Origin: a bacterium
GTDB taxonomy: Bacteria; Patescibacteriota; Microgenomatia; Levybacterales; UBA12049
Reading direction: 5' to 3'
Assembly (NCBI GenBank): GCA_021813145.1
Contig: JAKALS010000002.1
Location: 149,862 to 213,861 of the forward strand
Length of the DNA: 64,000 nucleotides
Part shown: in pieces, positions 8,787-20,926 of the stretch
Numbering within the stretch: position 1 is the stretch's first letter
Layout: every line of letters begins with the position of its first letter
Program-made: the position numbers and the translations under genes
Notes under the pieces: model-generated
Database searches by the model: none
Seen by the model: the letters and a program-made list of their open reading frames with translations, nothing else
What the model was told of the DNA's origin: nothing

Positions 8787-11075
8787 TTAGAATTTACGCC
8801 TATTTACAAAAGAGTATAGCATGTAACTAATTATTGCCAATATCTCAAATGCAAAAATTATTATTCCAATATAAAAATATAATTGAGTTTTATAAAATAA
8901 AATTAAATATAAAGTGTAGGTTCCATCCGAATTCTTTTTTATTTCTCCAAGTTTTTTTAATTCATTTATATTTAAATTCCAACCATTAGCATATCCATTA
9001 ACCATCAAATGATAGTTATTATTGTAATTTTTATCCTTTAATAATTTTATCTCTTTAAAATTTTCAAGAAAACTACTAACAGTGTACTCATTTTTATTTT
9101 CATATTTTCCAGGAGGATTGCCATCTAAATAAAGGTTCCAATCATTGCTGAAATTATTTAAAAGAGCCAAAACTTCTCCGCCTTTAATGTTTGTAAGCTT
9201 TACCTTATATTCTACAGGGCTTACCATGCTGTATTCTACATTCTTTGATGAACTATTTAAGGTAATACTACTTGACTGTAGACATTTTTTATTTAAAGTG
9301 TAAATAGAAAAACCTAATTTACCTTTTTCGTAATAATCAATACGGGAAGATATATCTTTTGAATTATTAAGTAATGCAGTTATTTTATAAGGATTATCCT
9401 CGATCATAGAATTTAAAGCTATATCCTTCCTAACCATGATGTGAGTAATCCCTAAATTACTAGCTTCATTGCAAAAGCTTTTACCTTCTCGAATTAAGCT
9501 CATAACCTCATTCATTTTATTTTTATAAGGTAAATTTGGAGAATAAGCGGTACTATCAGGTACTAATTGTGAAAATTTCCAAATAAAATTAAGAAAATCA
9601 TATCCATAAAAATTATTAAAAATTGCATCATATGTCGGATATGTACCAAAAAAACCGGGTATTATTAAAATTTTGTTAACTTTCTTCTGTGTTAAATAAC
9701 CTTCTGCTTGATAGTACTGAACTGGAACATTAAATGGCGTTAATAGGGGAGTAAAGACAAAAATAGCCCAAAGATAAACTATGCTAACTGTTAATAAAAA
9801 ATATATAAGTATCTTACGCCATACTTTTCTACCTTTATCAACAAACAATTTTATGCCAATCATTCCAAGGGAAACCAAAGAAAATAAGTACACCCAGTAA
9901 AATTTACTCGCTGGACGGCGAAAAATCTGAAATCCAGGAAAATGATTATAGAGATATAAAAAAATACCTCCAAATGGCTCATTAGTTCCTTTAGAAATAA
10001 AAATTCCAGCGACAATAAACCCTAAAAGTGGAATTATAATTTTCTTATCTTTAATATTAAACAATCCATAAAACATAAATGCAATCAGTGAAATAGATAT
10101 TAGAAACATGAATGGAGAATCGTACAATGAATTTGGTAAATTGCTAAAAAGAAGACCTTCTCCTTTCCCAATAAACAGGTTCAAAACAGATGCTTTAGCA
10201 AGAGCTAGATCAAGAGTAAAAATTGTGGTACTTGATGATGCCTTATTTAACGCAATTGTGCTACTAAGATTGCTAAAAAACGGCAATAACCACCAAATAT
10301 TAGATAAAAACGGAAGTAAAATTATAATTATATATTTAGGAATATTCCTAAAAAATGATTTTGTAACAAATACAACTGCTAAATAATATATTGTAAGTAT
10401 TATTAAAGTCACATATATCATTCCAAAATTTGCAAATGAAGAAGCGTTAAGAAAAAATATTGCAAACAGATAAACAAAATTCTTAAGCTTATAATCAGTA
10501 TCCAATAAAATTTTTTTAATTATCAATAAGATTAAAGGCATGGTTGCGTAAGTTAAAAGCTCAAGAAAATGCCCGGGTTGAATCATTCCAATGACATACG
10601 AAGACAATGTATAGATTACGGCTCCGAACATGGACAGAGGGTACCTTGTATATCTATATTTAAACTGTTGGCTACCTAATAACTCTTTCAAATAAAGAAA
10701 CATCGAGATTTCTGAAAGTAAAAACAAAAAGAATAGAAATAACAAGGTTATCGCAGACGAAGATACACCTAAAAAATGAAGAACTACATAGTAAGCGTAA
10801 AACGGAAAAAGTTGTGCGATAAGAAATGATAAATCTATTCCTCCATAGATAAAAGGATTGTATGTAAACAACAAGCTGTATGTCTGTTGATGGAAGTTAA
10901 AGGGCGAAAGAAAATCTCCGGCACCTATGAAGTTATATCCAAAGACTCTAGTAAACCACATTAATGGAGCAGATGCAAAAAAGGAAATAATCAAAAGAAA
11001 AAATATAGCTTCGCGAAATTTATAATTACCAACATATTTCCTGTAACGGTTTCTAATAATAGAAAAATAACTCAT
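8787..11075 (-). CDS. large polytopic membrane protein, YfhO/AftD-like GT-C architecture (family unassigned)
   Basis: 762 aa; N-terminal multi-TM domain of about 430 aa, a soluble N/K/Y-rich domain and a C-terminal TM anchor. Confidence 0.5.
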   Translation of the reverse strand: MSYFSIIRNRYRKYVGNYKFREAIFFLLIISFFASAPLMWFTRVFGYNFIGAGDFLSPFNFHQQTYSLLFTYNPFIYGGIDLSFLIAQLFPFYAYYVVLHFLGVSSSAITLLFLFFLFLLSEISMFLYLKELLGSQQFKYRYTRYPLSMFGAVIYTLSSYVIGMIQPGHFLELLTYATMPLILLIIKKILLDTDYKLKNFVYLFAIFFLNASSFANFGMIYVTLIILTIYYLAVVFVTKSFFRNIPKYIIIILLPFLSNIWWLLPFFSNLSSTIALNKASSSTTIFTLDLALAKASVLNLFIGKGEGLLFSNLPNSLYDSPFMFLISISLIAFMFYGLFNIKDKKIIIPLLGFIVAGIFISKGTNEPFGGIFLYLYNHFPGFQIFRRPASKFYWVYLFSLVSLGMIGIKLFVDKGRKVWRKILIYFLLTVSIVYLWAIFVFTPLLTPFNVPVQYYQAEGYLTQKKVNKILIIPGFFGTYPTYDAIFNNFYGYDFLNFIWKFSQLVPDSTAYSPNLPYKNKMNEVMSLIREGKSFCNEASNLGITHIMVRKDIALNSMIEDNPYKITALLNNSKDISSRIDYYEKGKLGFSIYTLNKKCLQSSSITLNSSSKNVEYSMVSPVEYKVKLTNIKGGEVLALLNNFSNDWNLYLDGNPPGKYENKNEYTVSSFLENFKEIKLLKDKNYNNNYHLMVNGYANGWNLNINELKKLGEIKKNSDGTYTLYLILFYKTQLYFYIGIIIFAFEILAIISYMLYSFVNRRKF

Positions 11076-11171
11076 AACAATTTATATTGTAGGATTCTTA
11101 CTACTGTAATTTACCATTTCTGTTGTAAATTAATTTATTGTATTATAAATAAGATTTTAATAAACAAGTTT

Positions 11172-11771
11172 TTATTTTAACTTACTCATTGTAATTACTA
11201 CCTCAGTCGCACCTCCAACCCAGAAGCACCATACTCTTTCAAAAAACATTGGCGACAAATTAATCAGATAATTTAATATTCTTACAAATGGTCTTGCGAT
11301 ATGTGGACATTGATTTGGATGAACATATTTTTCGTAATCACCATCATTTGGATATAATCCAAAATATTTAATTTCTTTTTTTAAAATCTTAAACTCTTTG
11401 TCCGTATAAAAATGTTGATAATTATCCTTTTCAAAGCAATCAAAACTAGAATAGCCAAAAGGTCTAATATGAGTTATATCTGTAAAAGCTCCCATACTTG
11501 AAAAGTGAGGTACTCTTAAATAAAGCTTTCCACCTTTTTTTAAAATTCTGTGTATCTCTTCAATTTTTTTAATTGGTTCATTAAGATGTTCTAAGACATG
11601 ATACATATGAATTTCATCAATTGAGTCATTTTTAAACGGATAAGGAATAGTATCTAAATCATGAACTATGTCAACGTAGTTTTCTATTTTTACTCGATCA
11701 ACACCAATAGAATTTGGTATTCTAACCTTTCCACAACCTAAATTAACTACTATTTTTTTTATTTTTTTCAC
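11172..11771 (-). CDS. class I SAM-dependent methyltransferase
   Basis: 199 aa; 'VVNLGCGKVRIP...IDEIHMYHVLEHL' (motif I GxGxG and a post-I acidic residue). Confidence 0.7.
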   Translation of the reverse strand: MKKIKKIVVNLGCGKVRIPNSIGVDRVKIENYVDIVHDLDTIPYPFKNDSIDEIHMYHVLEHLNEPIKKIEEIHRILKKGGKLYLRVPHFSSMGAFTDITHIRPFGYSSFDCFEKDNYQHFYTDKEFKILKKEIKYFGLYPNDGDYEKYVHPNQCPHIARPFVRILNYLINLSPMFFERVWCFWVGGATEVVITMSKLK

Positions 11772-11772
11772 T

Positions 11773-12828
11773 TTATTTTATACTTTTATAAATGTCTAGT
11801 AATTGGTTAACACGATTATGATAAGTATGCTCTCTTAAGATACGTTTTCTACCGGCTTCAATAATTGGAATTCTTCTTTCTGGATGTTTAATGTAGTAGT
11901 CTATTTTATCGAACCAATCTTTTTTATCCTTAGCAAGGATAATTTCCTGACCAGTTTTAAAATATTTCTTTATACATTCAACATTATCAACTATTTCGAA
12001 TCCTCCAGCCATGGGAATTTTAAATGTTCTTTCATTACAATCCCCCCCAAATCTTCGCTGGTATTCTTCATGGACGTTAATGGAAATTATGGATGAAGCA
12101 TAAATATTTCCTTCATCTTCTAAAGAAAGTTTTGGTTTTTGAATTGATCTTAAAAAGGGAATATTAAAATATTGTCCACCCCTTTGTGCCCAACCCTGCA
12201 TTTTTTCTAAAAATGTCCAATCTTGTCCATATAACCTAATTTTATATTGCTCCCGCATGGAAAAAATATTCTTATCTAGATAATTTCGTCTTTCAGGAAG
12301 ATTTGTTCCAATAAAACTAATGTCGGAAGCAAATTTTCTCATAAATTTACTTTTTTCTAAAACCATTTTGTCTGCTGCCAAAGGAATCGTATAGTATTTA
12401 TAGCCTGTATGTTTTTCAAAACCATCCATACGAGGATCATTCTGTTCACAAATATTGTAATAAACATCTCCAAAATCTCCTGATTTTATAAACTTTATAT
12501 AATCATAGTTATCGGAAATGCTTTGTGCCTCGTTAATACGAAGTTTCGACATTGGCGATTTCCAAAAAGGAATATTTACGAAGATTTTAGCACCTTGTCC
12601 TTTATATGCTTTTATACTTTCTTTAGGAAAATATTTTAAATTATAATCATTAAGAGATGTAAAAACAATTTCCGGTCTAAATTCACTTAAGATTTTTTTC
12701 GGACTATCGTCTGCTGTTAATGCTTTAAATTCATGACCCAGATCTTCAAATGCATGCTTATATCCGTAATATATTGTTCTTCCCGCGTAAATTGTGTAGA
12801 GAGAAGGGATTTGAAAGAGAATTTTCAT
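11773..12828 (-). CDS. CgeB-family (DUF3880-type) glycosyltransferase
   Basis: 351 aa; C-terminal '...YYIKHPERRIPIIEAGRKRILREHTYHNRVNQLLDIY' resembles the conserved C-terminus of CgeB-like glycosyltransferases. Confidence 0.45.
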   Translation of the reverse strand: MKILFQIPSLYTIYAGRTIYYGYKHAFEDLGHEFKALTADDSPKKILSEFRPEIVFTSLNDYNLKYFPKESIKAYKGQGAKIFVNIPFWKSPMSKLRINEAQSISDNYDYIKFIKSGDFGDVYYNICEQNDPRMDGFEKHTGYKYYTIPLAADKMVLEKSKFMRKFASDISFIGTNLPERRNYLDKNIFSMREQYKIRLYGQDWTFLEKMQGWAQRGGQYFNIPFLRSIQKPKLSLEDEGNIYASSIISINVHEEYQRRFGGDCNERTFKIPMAGGFEIVDNVECIKKYFKTGQEIILAKDKKDWFDKIDYYIKHPERRIPIIEAGRKRILREHTYHNRVNQLLDIYKSIK

Positions 12829-13605
12829 TTATTTTTTTGTGAACAAAAACATTCCGCAACTATAGTCTGCTTGGCTATATTTCCTATAGTCAACATCCTC
12901 CATAAATCTACCTTTGTCATCTACTACTGAAAAAGAAACCAACGTCAAATCTTTAAAGAAATTTAAAATTATTTCTGGAGGCGTTACTCTATGGGCGTTA
13001 AAACAAATTCTTTCTTTTCCAATCGGAGTCGAAATATATAAATATCCTCCCTTAGCCAAAACCCTTGTTAACTCATGACAGGCTTTTTTTGTCCCATCCG
13101 GGTTAATAGCATCACCATATCTCCCTAATCCTATATGCTCTACAACATGCAAACAAGACAAAGACTTAACTGAATTATTTTTAAATCTCAAGTTCAATAT
13201 ATTTCCATCAATAACTGTTAAATTTTTTAATGATGTCCTTATCGGCCTAATATCAACAAAAGTAGTCTTAACAATTTTAGACAAATAACCACTCATTTCA
13301 TAAGTTGATGCAATATCCACATGTTCTTTTGGTTTATTTTTTAATACCTTTTCGAATGCCCACAACTGTTGATAAAAATAATGTGCATCAAAAGGAGTAT
13401 TTTTTACTTTTTCATTTAATATCGGGAATAAATCCAAGCCAATTTTTATTTTAGTTTTTGTTTTTGAGTTGTAATTAAAAAAGTCTTTTGCGTACCACAA
13501 ATAACCAGTTACCCCCTGATAAACATGTATCGGATCAATAACGGGAGAGATCAATCTGTACAAAAAATATAATGTATTTATTTTTTTTGATTTATAAACT
13601 CTCAT
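12829..13605 (-). CDS. methyltransferase-like protein (DUF268-like / class I SAM MTase fold)
   Basis: 258 aa; '...LSCLHVVEHIGLGRYGD...LAKGGYLYISTP', typical Methyltransf_11/23 core. Confidence 0.5.
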   Translation of the reverse strand: MRVYKSKKINTLYFLYRLISPVIDPIHVYQGVTGYLWYAKDFFNYNSKTKTKIKIGLDLFPILNEKVKNTPFDAHYFYQQLWAFEKVLKNKPKEHVDIASTYEMSGYLSKIVKTTFVDIRPIRTSLKNLTVIDGNILNLRFKNNSVKSLSCLHVVEHIGLGRYGDAINPDGTKKACHELTRVLAKGGYLYISTPIGKERICFNAHRVTPPEIILNFFKDLTLVSFSVVDDKGRFMEDVDYRKYSQADYSCGMFLFTKK

Positions 13606-13719
13606 AAAAAAAACTTTTTATACATTTAAATATCCTATCATAACTATGAAATTTCTAATTGAATATTTCTAAACAAAATAAAATTTACTATTGATTTAAT
13701 TTTCCAACAAAAAGAATAA

Positions 13720-14532
13720 TTATGGTTTAATAATAATTTTATTTTTATTTTGATTTAGCCAGGCACCCCACCAACTGAATGTGCTATTTGCTATTATATT
13801 ATGCTTACATTTGCTCATAAGCCACATGTCTTTATATGCATCTTTACCCTTATTATAATCAATAAAATATACCCTATTTTTAAGATCTTTAAAATTTTCC
13901 CTACACCATTCAATATCATCTGAAAATATAAAATAACTTGGATTCTGAACTAATCTATCAATTTTTTTAATGGCTTCTTTATAATAATTAATACCAATAA
14001 ATTTTAGTACCCTATCTTTATTAGTAATATAATCTCCCCTCCTTACGTGGACACTTACTGATTTATTTGTTTGTATTTTTTTAAGGATTTCATTATTTTT
14101 TCTATCTAATTTTTTTCTGGGAGTGAATTCTTCTATTAATACACTCTCTATTCCATTGAAATATCTTTCGTCTGCCCAAAAACCTTGTATGTATGAGCTA
14201 TCTTTAATAGATAAATAGTTTATATCAAAGTTATATGGATATCTCTGAGTTAAGATATTTCTGTTAACCTGAAACTTAAAACGTTCATCTAAAAGATATA
14301 AAACTCTATTGATTATCCTATTACTAAAAACGCCTAATCTATGAAGATCTTCTTTTGTTGCCAAATTTGCAGAAATATTAAAAACATCTAATTCAAAAGA
14401 TCTTTGGGTATTTAGCAATGCATTTGTATAATGAATTTTCAGACTTGTCTTACACTCCAAAGCGATTTTCTTACCAAATGCATATTGAAACATCTGATTG
14501 CCCAAGCCGCCTGTCAAATTAACAATAATCAT
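13720..14532 (-). CDS. alpha-1,2-fucosyltransferase (glycosyltransferase family 11)
   Basis: 270 aa; 'GGLGNQMFQYAF', 'HVRRGDY' and 'IANSTFSWWGAWL' correspond to the three conserved GT11 motifs (H. pylori FutC: GGLGNQMFQYAF / HIRRGDY / IANSTYSWWAAYL). Confidence 0.88.
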   Translation of the reverse strand: MIIVNLTGGLGNQMFQYAFGKKIALECKTSLKIHYTNALLNTQRSFELDVFNISANLATKEDLHRLGVFSNRIINRVLYLLDERFKFQVNRNILTQRYPYNFDINYLSIKDSSYIQGFWADERYFNGIESVLIEEFTPRKKLDRKNNEILKKIQTNKSVSVHVRRGDYITNKDRVLKFIGINYYKEAIKKIDRLVQNPSYFIFSDDIEWCRENFKDLKNRVYFIDYNKGKDAYKDMWLMSKCKHNIIANSTFSWWGAWLNQNKNKIIIKP

Positions 14533-14587
14533 ATAAATTCTAATCCCAACTAATTTGATACTAAAAGATTATAAAATATTTATTATC

Positions 14588-16353
<1,766 letters not shown>

Positions 16354-16398
16354 TCAATATAATATCATAAATTTCTATATTTTTATATATTCTAAAAA

Positions 16399-17139
16399 TT
16401 AGCGATCATAATAGTGAACAATTCTAAGTCTATAAAAAACAGCTATCGTATCCCAAAGCATAGACATCACTATTTCCCAGAAACTCAAAGAAGTTATAGA
16501 ACCTTGCTTAAAGTTTAATTTAATCGGGGATTCGTAAATTTTGTGGTAACCTAGTTGATACGCAACCGTTAAGACTTCTATATCAAATGCGTACCTTTTA
16601 ATTACAATCCTCGAAAATACATCGTGAGCCACCTTTTTTCTGAAAAATTTCATCCCTACTTGCGTATCCTTAACATTAAATCCAAAGAGTATATGTGTTA
16701 AGGTCCTGTATCCCCAGGAAAGGATTTTCCTCCACAAGGGATAATTAACCTTAGACTCCGGATGAAGTTTACTTCCGATAATGATGTCCGCATTGTTCCA
16801 GTCCATCAAATCAAGGGCGACCGAAATTTCCGAAGGGTCCAGATCCATTCCCGCGTCTATAAATCCTATTACGTCCCCCTGAGCTTTTAGCATTCCGTAC
16901 TTAACCGCATATCCCTTGCCGTGGTTCTTCTCATACCCGTATACTTTTAGTTCTTTGATCTTAGGTATTAGATCTTGGAGCTTTTGATAGGTCTTATCCA
17001 GGAAGCCGTCGACAACAACGATAACCTCGTATTTATAAGGGAGAGTGGATAAAGTTTTATTCAGATTTTTGATATCCGTAACAATTGTCTTTTCCTGTTT
17101 ATAAGCGGGCACTACAAGCGAGAGGGATTTAAATTTCAT
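16399..17139 (-). CDS. GT2 Dpm1-like polyprenyl-phosphate sugar synthase (no C-terminal TM)
   Basis: 246 aa; 'SLVVPAYKQEKTI...EVIVVVDGFLDKT...GKGYAVKYG...DAGMDLDP'. Confidence 0.7.
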   Translation of the reverse strand: MKFKSLSLVVPAYKQEKTIVTDIKNLNKTLSTLPYKYEVIVVVDGFLDKTYQKLQDLIPKIKELKVYGYEKNHGKGYAVKYGMLKAQGDVIGFIDAGMDLDPSEISVALDLMDWNNADIIIGSKLHPESKVNYPLWRKILSWGYRTLTHILFGFNVKDTQVGMKFFRKKVAHDVFSRIVIKRYAFDIEVLTVAYQLGYHKIYESPIKLNFKQGSITSLSFWEIVMSMLWDTIAVFYRLRIVHYYDR

Positions 17140-17252
17140 ACTTTTTTATGCTTAAAGAGGCAGAATTCATACTAAATTTATTTTAGCATAAATTTATTAA
17201 AGAGTTAACGTACTAGCGAATTAAGGATTTCTTTATTTCTTTAACCCATTAA

Positions 17253-18575
17253 TCAAATCGGGGGATTTGTTTCTATAAATGGTGTTCCTTTTACTCCCCT
17301 AAACGTTCCGAAATGGAAAACATAATAGGCAAGAAGAACAGTAAGGAGTCCTATGCTTACCGTAAGAGAAACGGAAATGACCTGATAAAAATTGTTATGG
17401 AATATACCGATAAAAAATGCCTGTAAAAGAGCGGCGATTACAACAGCGGGTACAATTTTCATTTTATTCAGGGAAAGGAAAAAGTTTATGCAGACATTAA
17501 CAAGGCTGAATACCGTAAGATATATTCCAAAAAACCCGAGATACGGGGTAATGCTTAAATAGTCTTTCCCCGAAAGAAAAAGTCTTACTATAAACGAAGG
17601 GAAAATAAAGTAAAAAACGGTTATTGCAACCGAAGGGAGTAAAACAAGCAAAAGCGCCAGATAAAATAATCCGTTAAAATTTTTTCCCGAACTGCTTCTT
17701 TTAATTATTAACGGAAACATTACCATAGGGATAGGGCTTGTAAAATAAAAAATTACCTTTCCGACCAAAGAAAGTCCTGCGTAAAACCCTGCCTGGTGAG
17801 GATTAAAAAAATGTTTTACCAGAATTACATCGGTAGAAGTAAAAGAGGTCATAAAAAATATGGCAAAGGAAGTAGGAAGAGCATATGTAAAGATTTCCTT
17901 GACCGGAATACCTGAGGAATTTTTTCTGATATCCTTGAATATAAACCTTAAAGGAATAAATCCCGTAATAAAAGTTGCGAAAGCCATTGCGAAAACTCCC
18001 CCTATTGCGCCGTAAATCCGAAATCCCAAGGTAATCAGCAAAACTCCCACCGCAAGCTTTGCTATTGCGGCAAAAATATTAATAAGCGCAAGCGCCTTAA
18101 ACTTTAAAATACTCTGGATGTATGAGGAGTTGACAAGGTTAAGGTAGAAAAAAGAAATCGTAAGTGCGGCAAAAATTACATACAGCGTATTATCTATATG
18201 TAAAAAGCTTTTAACAAAACCCGAAAAAAGCACAAAAAGAATAAATAATAATACCGTAATCAGTACTATAAACTGAGTCATCCTAAAATAAAGTCTTGCG
18301 GCTTTTTCTGTTTCGTTTTTTGCAAAGTAATCTGCCGCAAACTTTACTACAACCGGTCCTAAGGAAGAAACGGGTACGCCGACAAGAGTTATTACGGAAA
18401 GAAGGCTTCCATAAACCCCGTAATCTGCAGGGACAAGATTCTTTGCAAGATAAAGGTTATAGATAAATGCCAAAAAGTTGGCAACCATTCCCCCTGCAAA
18501 AAGATAAAAACTACCAGAAATCAATTCATGCCGGACTAGCCTAGTTATAATGTTTTTAAAGTTTGTGATATTCAT
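17253..18575 (-). CDS. oligosaccharide/polysaccharide flippase (Wzx/MOP superfamily)
   Basis: 440 aa, about 12-14 TM helices, N-terminal 'GSFYLFAGGMVANFLAFIYNLYLAKNLVPADYGVYG' typical of the PST family. Confidence 0.65.
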   Translation of the reverse strand: MNITNFKNIITRLVRHELISGSFYLFAGGMVANFLAFIYNLYLAKNLVPADYGVYGSLLSVITLVGVPVSSLGPVVVKFAADYFAKNETEKAARLYFRMTQFIVLITVLLFILFVLFSGFVKSFLHIDNTLYVIFAALTISFFYLNLVNSSYIQSILKFKALALINIFAAIAKLAVGVLLITLGFRIYGAIGGVFAMAFATFITGFIPLRFIFKDIRKNSSGIPVKEIFTYALPTSFAIFFMTSFTSTDVILVKHFFNPHQAGFYAGLSLVGKVIFYFTSPIPMVMFPLIIKRSSSGKNFNGLFYLALLLVLLPSVAITVFYFIFPSFIVRLFLSGKDYLSITPYLGFFGIYLTVFSLVNVCINFFLSLNKMKIVPAVVIAALLQAFFIGIFHNNFYQVISVSLTVSIGLLTVLLAYYVFHFGTFRGVKGTPFIETNPPI

Positions 18576-18643
18576 AATGTAATAATTTTTAGTTTTTAAA
18601 GTTTATAATGTTGACATTAATTGTTGCTAAAGTACTTTATGGA

Positions 18644-19711
18644 CTATTGGTTTAACACTTTTTGATAAACGTCAAGAGTGTCTTTGGCCGTCTTCTTCCA
18701 GGAAAATTCCTTTACTCTTTCCAGGCCTTTTTGGGAAAGTTCTTTTCGGAGTTTCTCGTCTTCAAATACTTTTTCTAAGCCCTCTGCTATATTTTCGGTT
18801 TTATAGGCGTCAACATAAAATGCCGCATCCCCGGCAACTTCGCCAAGGCTTCCTTCCTTTGTTGTTATAACAGGACACCCGCTTGCCATCGCCTCCAAAA
18901 CAGGAAGACCAAAGCCCTCATAAAGTGATGGCATTACAAAAATAGTGGCAAGGTTATAAATGGCTGCCAAATCCTCCGTAGGCACAAACCCCAGTTTAGT
19001 TACAAGTTCTTTATTCTTAGTAGTTAGTTCTTCGGTAATTTGATTCACGGTATTTAAGTCCTTGTTCCAGGGGTTATTTCTGTCGTAATCTTCCGACGCC
19101 AGAGCTTTTCCCACCATTACCAATGGGAGTCCTGCTGTTTTTACCGCTTCCATAAGCCTAGGCAGATTTTTATTCCAAGTTACATCCCCAACATATAAGA
19201 CAAATCTCTCGGGAAGTTTATATTTCTCCCTAACCATTTTAAGTCTTACATCTTCGGTTTTAAATCTTTGGAAATCCTCTCCTGCGGCAAGATATATTAC
19301 GTGGACCCTTGAAGCATTTACTCCGACATATTTAACAATATCTTTTTTTGAAGACTGTGAATCGGTAATAATCGCATTCGCTTTTTTTAAAGCATATCTT
19401 TGCATCTGCCATTTTATCTCCCCTTTTATTCCCCTTGGAAAGCGTTCTTTAAATACGATGGGGGTTAAATCATGAACCGTAACTACCGTTTTATATTTTT
19501 TATAAATCGGAAGGGCAAGAAAAAAGGGCTCGAAATAAGGAAAGTGCACAAGCTCTACCTTCCCCGGCAATTTATCTCCCCTGGTAAAAAAAGTATATTC
19601 GTTATTCGGAAAATACTTTTCCAAAGCCTTTTTTAAATTATCCAGATAAAATCCGGCACCTCTAACCTTGTGCCCTGTCTGAAGCGGAGAAATATCGATA
19701 GCGACACGCAT
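18644..19711 (-). CDS. glycosyltransferase family 4
   Basis: 355 aa; 'EGFGLPVLEAMASGCPVITTKEGSLGEVAGDAAFYVD'. Confidence 0.85.
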   Translation of the reverse strand: MRVAIDISPLQTGHKVRGAGFYLDNLKKALEKYFPNNEYTFFTRGDKLPGKVELVHFPYFEPFFLALPIYKKYKTVVTVHDLTPIVFKERFPRGIKGEIKWQMQRYALKKANAIITDSQSSKKDIVKYVGVNASRVHVIYLAAGEDFQRFKTEDVRLKMVREKYKLPERFVLYVGDVTWNKNLPRLMEAVKTAGLPLVMVGKALASEDYDRNNPWNKDLNTVNQITEELTTKNKELVTKLGFVPTEDLAAIYNLATIFVMPSLYEGFGLPVLEAMASGCPVITTKEGSLGEVAGDAAFYVDAYKTENIAEGLEKVFEDEKLRKELSQKGLERVKEFSWKKTAKDTLDVYQKVLNQ

Positions 19712-19726
19712 AATTCTTTATAAAAA

Positions 19727-20926
19727 TTAAAACTTAAAATTTCCTAAAAACTTTTTTAAGAATTTAAAAGCCTCAATCAAACCGTATATCGATATTACGT
19801 ATAAAACTGGTATTAGAATTACAAAATACCTAGAGGTTATTTCCCCGACGCTAAAAAATAAGAGATAAAATATGGACCAGATCATTAAGACTTCTATGTT
19901 TTTATTATGGGGAATTTTCTTAAAAATATAAAAAATAATTACAATAAGAGAAATTGAGGTAATAAACGGCCAAGTAATAGACCATTGAGAATCAGAAATT
20001 ACAGGTTTATTGCCAAACCACACATGCCATTGATTAAATAACAGCAGAGGCCAAATGGAGAATGGAAGAATTAAGAAACTTTTATGATATAAGAAAACCC
20101 ATTTTTGTATTCCTAAAAAAGCGTGAATATTATAACCAAATGCAAAAACTCTGACATAACTAAAAAGCAAAATAAAAATAGCCACAGGTAAAGAAAGCGA
20201 ATATTGAATTATTCTCTTTTTTTCTTTACTCAAAAATAAAACTAAATAGTAAGCTGCTACTATAACTAATCCCGTAACAAAAAACTTAGTAGAAATAAAT
20301 AAACCCAAGAATATATTAGAAAGCAAGAAAAGAAATAGTGAATTTTTTGATCTTAAAGCCTTATTGAAAAACAAAAAACCGCAAAGAAGAAACAATAGCT
20401 GAAATAAATCCAGAAGGGGAGTGTAAATGAACTGGTTTTTAAATATCTGCTCAAAACTCACAAAAAGAGGAGGCAAAAGCGACAAAGTCCTTGAACCATA
20501 GATCTGTAGGCTTAAGAAATATAATAAAACTAAAGAAAGAATTCCGCTTAAGGCGACAAATACTCCGGCATTATTAAAAATAATCGTAGATAATCCAATT
20601 ATATATTTTCCAAGCGGGGGAGCGTCAGGAACCACTAATACAGGATTTGTTCCTTTAATCAACTTTCCCCCCGCATAAGAAAATGCAACTTCATCCCTGA
20701 TCCAAACCGGGTGTTTATTAACATATTGGGAATTTAGAAATATTTTTTCAAGTTTCGGAAAATTAGACCAATAATTATATGTATAGAGCTGCCTATTTTG
20801 CCACAATACGCTTCCTACATTAAAAACTATAATTAAAACTAACAAAATCTGAATAATGGGGATTATTCTTTTTGTTTTTAAAAAAGTTATAATTTTATCA
20901 ATTTTTATTTGCTGTGCCATTTCCAA
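19727..20926 (-). CDS. polytopic membrane protein, small ArnT/GT39-like GT-C candidate
   Basis: 399 aa; first extracytoplasmic loop 'IRDEVAFSYAGGKLIKGTNPVLVVPDAPPLGKYIIG' (D-E pair plus P-P-L-gK-Y), reminiscent of ArnT/PMT loop 1. Confidence 0.4.
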   Translation of the reverse strand: MEMAQQIKIDKIITFLKTKRIIPIIQILLVLIIVFNVGSVLWQNRQLYTYNYWSNFPKLEKIFLNSQYVNKHPVWIRDEVAFSYAGGKLIKGTNPVLVVPDAPPLGKYIIGLSTIIFNNAGVFVALSGILSLVLLYFLSLQIYGSRTLSLLPPLFVSFEQIFKNQFIYTPLLDLFQLLFLLCGFLFFNKALRSKNSLFLFLLSNIFLGLFISTKFFVTGLVIVAAYYLVLFLSKEKKRIIQYSLSLPVAIFILLFSYVRVFAFGYNIHAFLGIQKWVFLYHKSFLILPFSIWPLLLFNQWHVWFGNKPVISDSQWSITWPFITSISLIVIIFYIFKKIPHNKNIEVLMIWSIFYLLFFSVGEITSRYFVILIPVLYVISIYGLIEAFKFLKKFLGNFKF

